Shown here one piece after another: positions 1 through 11,550 of a DNA stretch of 64,000 nt; position 1 is the first letter of the stretch, and each line of letters opens with the position of its first letter. The stretch spans positions 3,410,001-3,474,000 of the forward strand of contig NC_086097.1 of assembly GCF_963921235.1 (NCBI RefSeq), in the 5' to 3' direction. This DNA comes from Mobula hypostoma (lineage: Eukaryota). Under the pieces are notes generated by a model. That model did not search any database. It was not told where the DNA came from and saw nothing but the letters and a program-made list of their open reading frames with translations. Position numbers and translations under genes: made by a program.

Positions 1-364
1 ATGAGGATAGACAGAAAAGACTGACGCATTCTCATTGCATTCAAACAAATCAGAGGTGATTCCATTGAAGAACATGAGGTGAGAAATCGACATGATGTGA
101 ACTGAGAAGCTGCTTCTTCTGGTTGGAGAGTTGAGAACTAGAGGGAATTGTTTCAGGGGAAGTGGTCAGCAAACTTGGACTGCGGGGACATTTTTACATG
201 AAGGATGTGCTGAAACTCCCATGCTTAGAGATCAGATATATTCTATGCAAAGACCTTAAGCCTTTGACTAGCTAACTAGCTGCACAGAGAAATTGGGAAA
301 GTAAAACTGAGAGGATCAGCTACTGATTTAATTGAATGAACTGGGGGGGGGGCCTGGAGTATTC

Positions 365-1440
365 TAAGTGGTTGCATCACTGTCTGGTATGGAGGGAGGG
401 GCCACTGCACAGGATCAGAGACAGCTGTAGAAAGTTGCAAACTCAGCCAGCCCCATCCTGGATCATGGGCACTGGTCTCCCCAGCATCCAAGACATCTTC
501 AAAAGGTGATGCCTCAGAAAGGTGGAACACTCAACAAGGGGAATTGAGTATAGGAGCAAAGAGGTCCTTCTGCAGCTGTACAGGGCCCTGGTGAGACCAC
601 ACCTGGAGTACTGTGTGCAGTTTTGCTCTCCAAATTTGAGGAAGGACATTCTTGCTATTGAGGGAGTACAGCGTAGGTTCACAAGGTTAATTCCCGGGAT
701 GGTGGGACTGTCATATGTCGAAAGATTGGAGCGACTGGGCTTGTGTACACTGGAATTTAGAAGGCTGAGAGGGGATCTTATTGAAACATATAAGATTATT
801 AAGGGATTGGACACGCTGCAGGCAGGAAGCATGTTCCCGCTGATGGGTGAGTCCAGAACCAGAGGCCACACTTTAAGAATAAGGGGTAGTCCATTTAGAA
901 CGGAGTTGAGGAAAAACTTTTTCACCCAGAGAGTGGTGGATATATGGAATGCTCTGCCCCAGAAGGCAGTGGAGGCCAAGTCTCTGGATGCTTTCAAGAA
1001 AGAGATGGATAGAGCTCTTAAAGATAGCAGAATCAAAGGTTATGGGGATAAGGCAGGAACTGGATACTGATTGTGGATGATCAGCCATGATCACAATGAA
1101 TGGCGATGCTGGCTCGAAGGGCTGAATGGCCTACTCCTGCACCTATTGTCTATTGTCTATGAAGGATCCTCATCACCTTGTCATTGAGAAGGATGCCCTC
1201 TTCTCAATGCTACCATCAAGCAGCCATTTCAGGAACAGCTTCTTCCCCTCCACCATCAGATTTCTGAACGGACAATGAACACTATCTCAGTATTTTCCTC
1301 TCTTTTTGCACTAGCATTTAATTATATATATTTCTCATTGTAATTTATATATTTTTTCTTATTATGTATTGCAATGTACTGCTGCCATAAAACAACAAAT
1401 TTCGTGATATTTGCCAATGATATTAAACCTGATTCTGATT
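365..1440 (+). mobile_element. Rex1/Babar-type LINE 3' fragment, split by a CR1 insertion at ~525-1160
   Basis: ggttgcatcactgtctggtatgg (GCITVWYG) before the CR1. After it come aacagcttcttcccc and an attaaacctgattctgatt tail. Confidence 0.7.
525..1160 (+). mobile_element. CR1 LINE 3' fragment
   Basis: ORF 522-1070 has LVRPHLEYCVQF, RRLRGDLIETYK, RTRGH and FFTQRVV, followed by a CR1 3' UTR and a (ctattgt)n tail. Confidence 0.92.
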
Positions 1441-1735
1441 ACCTAGAAATTACAAGCTATCTGGACTGTTGTACACGATGATGATGATTAACTCTCAGTG
1501 CACTTCATCTATACATCTACCATGCTTGATGTTAACACTGCATGTAACTTGGAGGTGGATGTGCCTGTGGAGAGATAGTGAGGGCAAGCAGCCTGTAGCC
1601 AGAGCAGGAGCCAAGATAACTCAGACAGATGCCTGTGTATCAGAGCCTCATGAGAATATGCCAGTGATATTAAGCCTGGTTCTGATTCAGATTCTGAGTG
1701 AGAGAAAGCCTTAGACCATATGGTTTAATAATTCA

Positions 1736-2553
1736 TTTATTTCATACTTATTATATAGAAAATAAACATGTTGAAGAATAAAGCCCATGGCCTGGTCTTT
1801 AAGGGAAAAATAGTATTTTACTGATTTGTAATTTTGATAAAACTCTTTATTGTGATTTAAAACAACTACAGACTTGCCAGTGTAGAAAAGGCTTTATCAG
1901 TTAAATCATGACATGCCAACAAAGAATTAAAAAAAGCACCTATTTGTAAAGTCATTCTCAAAACGTAACTGGCTATGTGTTTTGAAAGGATGAGTACACT
2001 CAGATGAGATGCTTCATGAAGGGGTTTGCATAGTGAATCAGACGGCAAGTGCACATGGCGTGATGGACAACCATGCTCTTTGTTAGTTCATTGGATTATG
2101 AAGTGATCTTCTTCTTTTTATACCGAGCTGTTTTGTTCCCATGATACCAAATTCATGCATGTAAAGACTTTAACATCAACACTTCTGATTCTGACTGAAT
2201 AGCATTTATTTTGGAGATTATAGAATATTTGAAAGAATGAGTTAAAATTCAACTGGGTATTGAAACATCTTGATACTGATTATGCCTTTTGTAAGGTCTT
2301 GTCTCTTACTTTGATTGGCAGCTTTGTCCTCACAGTCAACTTGGCCAAAGGGAAGTCTGCTTCTCTGCTCTGAGTATGTGTGTTCATTTTTGTTTGAAAT
2401 AAGTTCCTGATCCTTGTCCTTGCGGGACGTTTTCAAACTCTCCACATGCGTAACGTGCATTTCAAACTAAGCAGACTCCTGTCTTGAAACAACAACTGTG
2501 GGACGGTGCTTCCTTTCTAAGGTTAAATAAGTACACTGTTTCTGTCTGCTATT
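1736..2553 (-). other. PRIMA1: Probable PRIMA1 3' UTR with candidate poly(A) signals
   Basis: AT-rich sequence with no recognisable repeats follows the stop codon. AATAAA occurs on the minus strand (tttatt on plus) at 2205-2210, 1846-1851 and 1736-1741. The true 3' end is not determinable. Confidence 0.5.
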
Positions 2554-2653
2554 TTAAATGAGTACACTGTTTCTGTCCACCATTTTGTTGTTTTGGGAAG
2601 TCATTGCATATTCCGTTCGGCTTGTCCCATTTTCTTCTTTCCGCATGGGCTTC
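2554..2653 (-). CDS. PRIMA1: PRIMA1 terminal coding exon (cytoplasmic tail and stop codon)
   Basis: Minus strand has a pyrimidine tract then ggaaacag|G AAG CCC ATG CGG AAA GAA GAA AAT GGG...ATT TAA = (R)KPMRKEENGTSRTEYAMTSQNNKMVDRNSVLI*. This resembles human KPLRKDENGTSVAEYPMSASQSNKGVDVNNAVV, and its phase matches the CG| end of the 38224 exon. It is not in the ORF track. Confidence 0.93.
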
Positions 2654-4277
2654 CTGTTTCCGGTGCGGGAAGGGTGGTTAAATGCAAAGAAAAACAGAAC
2701 AGAAAAAAATCGTGTTAACTGTCAGTACTTGTTAATCATGTGAACTGAATACTTTAGGGAAGGGATACATTTTGCAAGGTTAAAAATGGAATTTTCCACT
2801 GTTTTAGGAAAAGAAAGTTAAGCTAGGCTTTGATTAATTGAGGAAAGCAGTGACAATTTTTAACTTCCACTTCGGCATCTAAAACTGTCGAAATGTCTTT
2901 TTGAAATAATCAGTTTAACAAATTTTGTCACAAATAAAATGACAGGATATCCACATTAATCAGGCTTTTGCAAACTACCAATACTCCTTCACCCTGGCAA
3001 GTAGTTAATGTGGCTACTTTAGGTCCAAGTTCAAGTTTATTGTCACCTGACTGTACATACATACAACCAAATGAAACAACGTTCCTCCAGACACAGTTCA
3101 CCACACACATCACACATGAAACAAAATATTACCGCAAATAAGGTAATAAAATACCATGCCAAGTGCAGCTCAGTTAAAGAGTAAACAGTCAACAGCTCGC
3201 TCTGCTAGTGGTGAGATCTCAGCGACGGCAGGGTGTTCATGAGTCTTACATGAATTTTATTTTCCTGTTTGCACTTCAACCCATTTGTAAAGCACCTTGA
3301 ACCACATCTTCTAAATGAAAAGTGCTCTATAAATAAATTATTATTATTAGATTTGTATCTTTATTTTTATTCTCTGCAGAAGCTGGTAAAACCGGAGGTA
3401 CAGGCACATCCAAGCACACCCATTTCTCAATTGCTAGGAACTTTCAGACTATTCTAGTAGTGCTTAGTATTGTGGCTTTCAGGAGATTTATATAAATATG
3501 GCTGTGTAGGCCTAATTGTTCAATGCTAGTGTGTAGTGACTTTGGGATGACATCAGTTGTAGAAATTACTATTGAGACAATGTATATCCTGTTCATGTTC
3601 CATAGTCTTTCAATTTCCTCTTTTAATTCAGCATGTTTCTGGTGTTTTTCATTTCTTAATTTCTGGATGTTATGTATGTTCGGAATGGCTATATCTATTT
3701 GTTCTAGCTTGTTTATCTTCTATTATTATATGCTGACGGTGACTATGGTTGTCCTATCTGTAGCAATGGATCAGTTGAATTACAACTTGTAGGAATCTGA
3801 CTGTAGAATCCTGGAATGTGTTCCATTGTTTCTGGTTTCACTTCACATTTTCTGCATTTATCATCATGAATTTGTTGGTCTTTGATTATTAGCATGATTG
3901 TGATGATGACTATTATTATTATTTACATATCACATGATCTATTGATCTATTAGGTCACCTCTCAGCCTCCTTTATTCTGAGGAAAACAAGCCCAGCCAAT
4001 CCAACCTCTTCCCAGAACTGACCAGCTTTCCTCCAAACCAACCAAAATCCTGGTGAACCTTCTCTACACCTTCCATTGCAAACGTGTCAACCCTACAGCA
4101 GGGAGACAGATCAGCACATTGCACCCTGGGAGCAACCTAGTAATGTTTTGTAAAGTTGTAATACAACATCCTGACTCTTACAGATCAATTACACTGCACA
4201 GAAATAGGCCCAGTGGCCCGACGTATCTATTCAGACTCAGGTGCCTAGCAAGGACAACATGCACATCCTCCTACCTC

Positions 4278-7200
4278 ATAGGTAGGAAAAGGGAAGAGGT
4301 CCTGAAAGGAGAATATAGGGAGCTAGGAAGGGAGTTGAGAAAAAGGACTGCAAAGGTAGTAATCTCGGGATTACTGCCTGTGCCACGCGACAGTGAGAGT
4401 AGGAATGCGATGAGGTGGAGGATAAATGCGTGGCTGAGGGATTGGAGCAGGGGGCAGGGATACAAGTTTTTGGATCATTGGGACCTCTTTTGGCGCAGGC
4501 GTGACCTGTACAAAAAGGACGGGTTACACTTGAATCCTAGGGGGATCAATATCCTGGCAGGGAGATTAGCGAGGGCTACTGAGGTGACTTTAAACTAGAA
4601 TGGTTGGGGGGTGGGAATCAAATTAAAGAGGCTAGGTGAGAGGAGGTTAGTTCACAACAGGGGGATGGGAACCAGTGCAGAGAGACAGAGGGGTGTAAAG
4701 TGAGGGTAGAAGCAAAAAGTAGTAAGGAGAAAAGTAAAAGTGGCAGGCCGACAAATCCAGGGCAAGCATCAAAAAGGGCCACTTTTCAACATAATTGTAT
4801 AAGGGCTAAGAGAGTTGTAAAAGAGCGCCTGAAGGCTTTGTGTGTCAATGCAAGGAGCATTTGTAACAAGGTGGATGAATTGAAAGTGCAGATTGTTATT
4901 AATGATTATGATATAGTTGGGATCACAGAGACATGGCTCCAGGGTGACCAAGGATGGGAGCTCAACGTTCAGGGATATTCAATATTCAGGAGGGATAGAC
5001 ATGAAGGAAGGGGAGGTGGGGTGGCGTTGCTGGTTAAAGATGAGATTAATGCAATAGAAAGGAAGGACATAAGCCGGGAAGATGTGGAATCAATATGGGT
5101 AGAGCTGCATAACACTAAGGGGCAGAAAACGCTGGTGGGAGTTGTGTACAGGCCACCTAACAGTAGTAGTGAGGTCGGAGATGGTATTAAACAGGAAATT
5201 AGAAATGTGTGCAATAAAGGAACAGCAGTTATAATGGGTGACTTCAATCTACATGTAGATTGGGTGAACCAAATTGGTAAAGGTGCTGAGGAAGAGGATT
5301 TCTTGGAATGTATGCGGGATGGTTTTTTGAACCAACATGTCGAGGAACCAACTAGAGAGCAGGCTATTCTAGACTGGGTTTTGAGCAATGAGGAAGGGTT
5401 AATTAGCAATCTTGTCGTGAGAGGCCCCTTGGGTAAGAGTGACCATAATATGGTGGAATTCTTCATTAAGATGGAGAGTGACATAGTTAATTCAGAAACA
5501 AAGGTTCTGAACTTAAAGAGGGGTAACTTTGAAGGTATGAGACGTGAATTAGCTAAGATAGACTGGCAAATGACACTTAAAGGATTGACGGTGGATATGC
5601 AATGGCAAGCATTTAAAGATTGCATGGATGAACTACAACAATTGTTCATCCCAGTTTGGCAAAAGAATAAATCAAGGAAGGTAGTGCACCCGTGGCTGAC
5701 AAGAGAAATTAGGGATAGTATCAATTCCAAAGAAGAAGCATACAAATTAGCCAGAAAAGGTGGCTCACCTGAGGACTGGGAGAAATTCAGAGTTCAGCAG
5801 AGGAGGACAAAGGGCTTAATTAGGAAGGGGAAAAAAGATTATGAGAGAAAACTGGCAGGGAACATAAAAACTGACTGTAAAAGCTTTTATAGATATGTAA
5901 AAAGGAAAAGACTGGTAAAGACAAATGTAGGTCCCCTGCAGACAGAAACAGGTGAATTGATTATGGGGAGCAAGGACATGGCAGACCAATTGAATAATTA
6001 CTTTGGTTCTGTCTTCACTAAGGAGGACATAAATAATCTTCCAGAAATAGTAGGGGACAGAGGGTCCAGTGAGATGGAGGAACTGAGCGAAATACATGTT
6101 AGTAGGGAAGTGGTGTTAGGTAAATTGAAGGGATTAAAGGCAGATAAATCCCCAGGGCCAGATGGTCTGCATCCCAGAGTGCTTAAGGAAGTATCCCAAG
6201 AAATAGTGGATGCATTAGGGATAATTTTTCAAAACTCGTTAGATTCTGGACTAGTTCCTGAGGATTGGAGGGTGGCTAATGTAACCCCACTTTTTAAAAA
6301 AGGAGAGAGAGAGAAACCGGGGAATTATAGACCGGTTAGCCTAACGTCGGTAGTGGGGAAATTGCTGGAGTCAGTTATCAAAGATGTGATAACAGCACGT
6401 TTGGAAAGCGGTGAAATGATCGGACAAAGTCAGCATAGATTTGTGAAAGGAAAATCACGTCTGACGAATCACATAGAATTTTTTGAGGATGTAACTAGTA
6501 GAGTGGATAGGGGAGAACCAGTGGATGTGGTATATTTGGATTTTCAAAAGGCTTTTGACAAGGTCCCACACAGGAGATTAGTGTGCAAACTTAAAGCACA
6601 CGGTATTGGGGGTAAGGTATTGGTGTGGGTGGAGAATTGGTTAGCAGACAGGAAGCAAAGAGTGGGAATAAACGGGACCTTTTCAGAATGGCAGGCAGTG
6701 ACTAGTGGGGTACCGCAAGGCTCAGTGCTGGGACCCCAGTTGTTTACAATATATATTAATGACTTGGATGAGGGAATTAAATGCAGCATCTCCAAGTTTG
6801 CGGATGACACGAAGCTGGGTGGCAGTGTTAGCTGTGAGGAGGATGCTAAGAGGATGCAGGGTGACTTGGATAGGTTGGGTGAGTGGGCAAATTCATGGCA
6901 GATGCAATTTAATGTGGATAAATGTGAAGTTATCCACTTTGGTGGCAAAAATAGGAAAACAGATTATTATCTGAATGGTGGCCGATTAGGAAAAGGGGAG
7001 GTGCAACAAGACCTGGGTGTCATTATACACCAGTCATTGAAAGTGGGCATGCAGGTACAGCAGGCGGTGAAAAAGGCGAATGGTATGCTGGCATTTATAG
7101 CGAGAGGATTCGAGTACAGGAGCAGGGAGGTACTACTGCAGTTGTACAAGGCCTTGGTGAGACCACACCTGGAGTATTGTGTGCAGTTTTGGTCCCCTAA

Positions 7201-7735
7201 TCTGAGGAAAGACATCCTTGTCATAGAGGGAGTACAAAGAAGGTTCACCAGATTGATTCCTGGGATGGCAGGACTTTCATATGAAGAAAGACTGGATGAA
7301 CTTGGCTTGTACTCGTTGGAATTTAGAAGATTGAGGGGGGATCTGATTGAAACGTATAAAATCCTAAAGGGATTGGACAGGCTAGATGCAGGAAGATTGT
7401 TCCCGATGTTGGGGAAGTCCAGAACGAGGGGTCACAGTTTGAGGATAAAGGGGAAGCCTTTTAGGACTGAGATTAGGAAAAACTTCTTCACACAGAGAGT
7501 GGTGAATCTGTGGAATTCTCTGCCACAGGAAACAGTTGAGGCCAGTTCATTGGCTATATTTAAGAGGGAGTTAGATATGGCCCTTGTGGCTACGGGGATC
7601 AGGGGGTATGGAGGGAAGGCTGGTGCAGGGTTCTGAGTTGGATGATCAGCCATGATCATAATAAATGGTGGTGCAGGCTCGAAGGGCCGAATGGCCTACT
7701 CCTGCACTTATTTTCTATGTTTCTATGTTTCTATC
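4278..7735 (+). mobile_element. Young CR1 LINE, 5'-truncated within ORF1, with complete ORF2 and 3' tail
   Basis: ORF1 C-terminus with SGNH-esterase-like VVISGLLP...DGLHLN (4278-4598), ORF2, 3' UTR and a (tttctatg)n tail. Confidence 0.96.
4700..7636 (+). CDS. CR1 ORF2: AP endonuclease plus reverse transcriptase (stop-free, 978 codons; true start uncertain)
   Basis: EN motifs NARSI, GITETW, MGDFN and SDH. RT motifs [29 protein letters not shown] and FADD. Confidence 0.95.
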   Translation: MRVEAKSSKEKSKSGRPTNPGQASKRATFQHNCIRAKRVVKERLKALCVNARSICNKVDELKVQIVINDYDIVGITETWLQGDQGWELNVQGYSIFRRDRHEGRGGGVALLVKDEINAIERKDISREDVESIWVELHNTKGQKTLVGVVYRPPNSSSEVGDGIKQEIRNVCNKGTAVIMGDFNLHVDWVNQIGKGAEEEDFLECMRDGFLNQHVEEPTREQAILDWVLSNEEGLISNLVVRGPLGKSDHNMVEFFIKMESDIVNSETKVLNLKRGNFEGMRRELAKIDWQMTLKGLTVDMQWQAFKDCMDELQQLFIPVWQKNKSRKVVHPWLTREIRDSINSKEEAYKLARKGGSPEDWEKFRVQQRRTKGLIRKGKKDYERKLAGNIKTDCKSFYRYVKRKRLVKTNVGPLQTETGELIMGSKDMADQLNNYFGSVFTKEDINNLPEIVGDRGSSEMEELSEIHVSREVVLGKLKGLKADKSPGPDGLHPRVLKEVSQEIVDALGIIFQNSLDSGLVPEDWRVANVTPLFKKGEREKPGNYRPVSLTSVVGKLLESVIKDVITARLESGEMIGQSQHRFVKGKSRLTNHIEFFEDVTSRVDRGEPVDVVYLDFQKAFDKVPHRRLVCKLKAHGIGGKVLVWVENWLADRKQRVGINGTFSEWQAVTSGVPQGSVLGPQLFTIYINDLDEGIKCSISKFADDTKLGGSVSCEEDAKRMQGDLDRLGEWANSWQMQFNVDKCEVIHFGGKNRKTDYYLNGGRLGKGEVQQDLGVIIHQSLKVGMQVQQAVKKANGMLAFIARGFEYRSREVLLQLYKALVRPHLEYCVQFWSPNLRKDILVIEGVQRRFTRLIPGMAGLSYEERLDELGLYSLEFRRLRGDLIETYKILKGLDRLDAGRLFPMLGKSRTRGHSLRIKGKPFRTEIRKNFFTQRVVNLWNSLPQETVEASSLAIFKRELDMALVATGIRGYGGKAGAGF

Positions 7736-7939
7736 TCATCTCATCACACCTCATCTCCTCCATATGGTGCTCCAAGGATGTAATGTTGAGGCTTTATAAG
7801 GCATTGGTCAGACGACACTTGCTGTATTGTAAGCAGTTTCGAATCAGAATCAGAATCAAGTCTATTCTGAATCAGTTCAGCACGGACTAGAAGGGTCGAG
7901 ATGGCCTGTTTCCGTGCTGTAATTGTGATATGGTTATAT

Positions 7940-10815
7940 GGTTATTATCACCGGCATGTGACATGAAATTTGTTAAATTAGCAGCAGCAGTTAAATTCAA
8001 TACGTAATATAGAAGAAAAAAATAAGTAAATCTTATTCAGTATACTTTATACAGTATATGCATATTGAATAGATTAAAATCATGCAAAAAACCAAAGATA
8101 CTATATATTAAAAAAAGTGAGGTAGTGTCCAAGGGTTCAATGTCCATTTAGGAATCGGATGGCAGAGGGGAAGAAGCTGTTCCTGAATCGCTGAGTGTGC
8201 CTTCAGGCTTCTGTATCTCCTACCTGATGGTAACAGTGAGAAAAGGGCATGCCCTGGGTGCTGGAGGTCCTTAATAATGGGCGCTGTCTTTCTGGAACCA
8301 CTCCCTGAAGATATCCTGTGTACTTTGTAGGTTAGTACCCAAAATGGAGCTGACTAGATTTACAACCCTCTGCAGCTTCTTTCAGTCCTGTGCAGTAGCT
8401 CCTCCCCACGCACCCCCCCTCCATACCAGACAGTGATGCAGCCTGTCAGAATGCTCTCCACGTTACATCTATAGAAGTTTTTGAGTCTATTTGTTGACAT
8501 GCCAAATCTCTTCAAACTCCTAATAAAGTATAGCCGCTGTCTTGCTTTCTTTATAACTGCATTGATATATAACATAGAATATAGAATAGTACAACACATT
8601 ACAGGCCCTTCGGCCCACAATGTTGTGCCGACCCTCAAATCCTGCCTCCCATATAACCCTCACCTTAAATTCCTCCATATACCTGTCTCTTAAACTTCAC
8701 TAGTGTATCTGCCTCCACCACTGACTCAGGCAGTGCATTCCATGCATGAACCACTCTCTGAGTAAAAAACCTTCCTCTCATATCCCCCTTGAACTTCCCA
8801 CCCCTTACCCTAAAGCCATGTCCTCTTGTACTGAGCAGTGGTGCCCTGGGGAAGAGGCGCTGGCTATCCACTCTATCTATCCCTCTTATTATCTTGTACA
8901 CCTCTATCATGTCTCCTCTCATCCTCCTTCTCTCCAAAGAGTAAAGCCCTAGCTCCCTTAATCTCTGATCATAATGCATACTCTCTAAACCAGGCAGCAT
9001 CCTGGTAAATCTCTTCTGTACCCTTTCCAATGCTTCCACATCCTTCCTATAGTGAGGCGACCAGGTTATGTTGGGACCAGGTTAGGTCCTCAGAGATCTT
9101 GACACCCAGGAACTTGAAACTGCTTACTCTCTCCACTTCTGATCCCTCTATGAAGATTGGTATGTGTTCTTTCGTCTTACTCTTTCTGAAGTCCACAGTC
9201 ATCTTACTGACGTTGAGTGCCAGATTGTTGCTGCGAAACCACTCCACTATTTGGCATATCTCACTCCTGTATGCCCTCTCGTCACCACCTGAGATTCTAC
9301 CAACAATGGTTGTATCATCAGCAAGTTTATAGATGGTATTTGAGTTATGCCTAGACACACAGTCATGGGGATATACAGAGTAGAGCAGTGGGCTAAGTAC
9401 ACACCCCTGAGGTGCACCAGTGTTTCTCGTCAGCGAGGAGGAGATGTTATCACCAATCCGCACAGACTGTGGTCTTTTGATTAGGAAGTCGAGGATCCAA
9501 TTGCAGAGGGAGATACAGAGGCCCAGGTTCTGCAACTTCTCAATCAGGATTGTGGGAATGATGGTATTAAATGCTGAGCTATAGTTGATGAACAGCATCC
9601 TGACATAGGTGTTTGTGTTGTCCAGGTGATCTAAAGCCGTGTGAAGAGCCATGGAGATTGCATCTGCCATTGACCCATTGTGGCGATAGGCAAATTGCAG
9701 TGGGTCCAGATCCCTGCTGAGGCAGGAGTCCAGTCTAGTCATGACCAGCCTCTCAAAGCATTTCGTCACTGTCGATGTGAGTGCTACCGGGTGATAGTCA
9801 TTAAGGCAGCTCAGATTATCCTTCTTAGGCACTGGTATAACTGTTGCCTTTTTCAAGCTAGTGGGAACTTACTCCTGTAGGTTGAAAATGTCCTTGAATA
9901 CTCCTGCTGGTTGGTTGGCACAGGTTTTCAGAGCCTTACCAGGTACTCCATCGGGACCTTCTGCCTTGCGAGGATTCACCCTATTTAATAAAGACAGCTT
10001 AACATTGGCCTCTGAGACAGAGATCACAGGGTCATCAGGTGCAGCAGGGATCTTCACAGCTGTAGTTGTGTTCTCCTTTTCGAAGCGGGCATAGAGGGCG
10101 TTGAGTTCATCCGCTAGTGAAGCACTGCTGTCGTTGGGTTTCGCTGTGTAGGAAGTAATGTCTTGCAGTCCCTGCCAGAGTTGCCGTACATCTGATATCG
10201 CCTTCAACCTCGTTCGAAATTGTCCCTTCGCCCTTGAAGTAGCCCTTCGCAAATCATACCTGGTTTTCTGGTAAAGACCTGCATCGCCAGACTTGAATGC
10301 CACAGATCTAGTCTTCAGCAGATGACGTACCTGCTGGTTCATCCATGGTTTTTGGTTTGGGAATGTGCAGTAAGTCTTTGTAGGCACACACTCATCCACA
10401 CAGGTTCTAATGAAGTCGGTGACAGCTGCAGCATACTCATCCAGATTCGAAGATGAATCCCTGAATACAGTCCAGTCCACCGATTCAAAGCAGTCCTGGA
10501 GGTGCTCCTGTGTTTCCCTTGTCCATACCTTCTTGGTCCTCACTACTGGTGCTGCAGTCTTCGGTCTCTGCCTATATTCAGGGCATAGAAGTACAGCCAG
10601 GTGATCAGACTTCCCCAAGTGAGGGCATGGAATAGCACAGTAGGTATTCACGGTAGCAATGGTCCAGTGTGTTGTTTCCTCTGGTATTGCAAGCAATCTG
10701 TTGATGGTAATTGCTTAGTGATTTTGTTTCAGACTGGCCTGGTTAAAATCTTCCAAAATAATGGTGAAGGCATTAGGTTGTGCTGTTTCGTGCATGTTGA
10801 TCCCATTGCTCAGTA
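7940..10815 (-). mobile_element. Rex1/Babar LINE, decayed, EN end plus RT
   Basis: ORFs 9869-10696 (HLGKSDH, FPNQKPWM, KAEGPDG), 9047-9856 ([27 protein letters not shown]) and 8360-8638 (KARQRLYF, ESILTGCITVWYG). Confidence 0.9.
8570..9063 (-). mobile_element. CR1 3' fragment nested in the Rex1 element
   Basis: ORF 8665-9039 reads ALERVQKRFTRMLPG...RRRMRGDMIEVYK. Rex1 sequence resumes on both sides. Confidence 0.88.
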
Positions 10816-11039
10816 TCGGTCACTTTATCGAAGAAAAGATGTGCTAGCATTAGAGAGTTTCCAGTGGTGGCTCATGAGAATAATGCAGGGAATGAAAGTG
10901 TTAAGTATGATTAGATTAGGTTCAACTTTATTATCATTGTGCCGAGTACAGATACAAAGCCAATGAAATGTAGTTAGCATCTAACCAGAAATGCAAAGAA
11001 TAGTGTTATTTACAAAATAACTGCGAATGAAAAGTAAGA

Positions 11040-11455
11040 GGAGTATTTGATGGTTCTGGGCCTGGACTTACTGGAGCTTAGAAGAATGAAGGAGATCTCA
11101 TTGAAACCTGTCAAATATTGAAAGGCCTGGATAGAGTGGATGTTTCCTATAGTAAGAGACTCTAGGACCAGAAGGTACAGCCTTAGAATAGAGGGACATC
11201 CATTTAGAACAGAGATGAGGAGGAATTTCTTTAGCCAGAGGCTGGTTCATATCTGGAACTCATTGTCACAGACAGCTGTGCCCACCAAACAAGTCACTGA
11301 GTATATTTAAAGCAGAGGTTGATAGGTTCTTGATTAGTCAGGGCATCAAAGGTTACAGAAAGAAGGCAGGAGAAGAATAGAGTTAAGAGGGAAAATAAGT
11401 CTGTTACGATGGAATTCGATGTGCCCTACTTCTGCACCTGTGTCTTATTGTCTAA
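11040..11455 (+). mobile_element. Old CR1 3' fragment
   Basis: Degenerate CR1 C-terminus (agaagaatg..gatctcattgaaacc, ttctttagccagagg) and 3' UTR. Confidence 0.8.
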
Positions 11456-11550
11456 TTATCTCCAACATTCTTTGACTTATGCTCTACTTGAGACCAGCTC
11501 TCTACCTCATCATCAAATTAGTTACATTGTTTATCTTTCTCCTCTTTAAG

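Noticed and set aside
4969..5745. Long antisense ORFs over CR1 copies (also 443-1036, 6544-6948, 16476-17000 and others)
   Set aside because: They recur opposite every CR1 copy and are a by-product of ORF2 codon usage.
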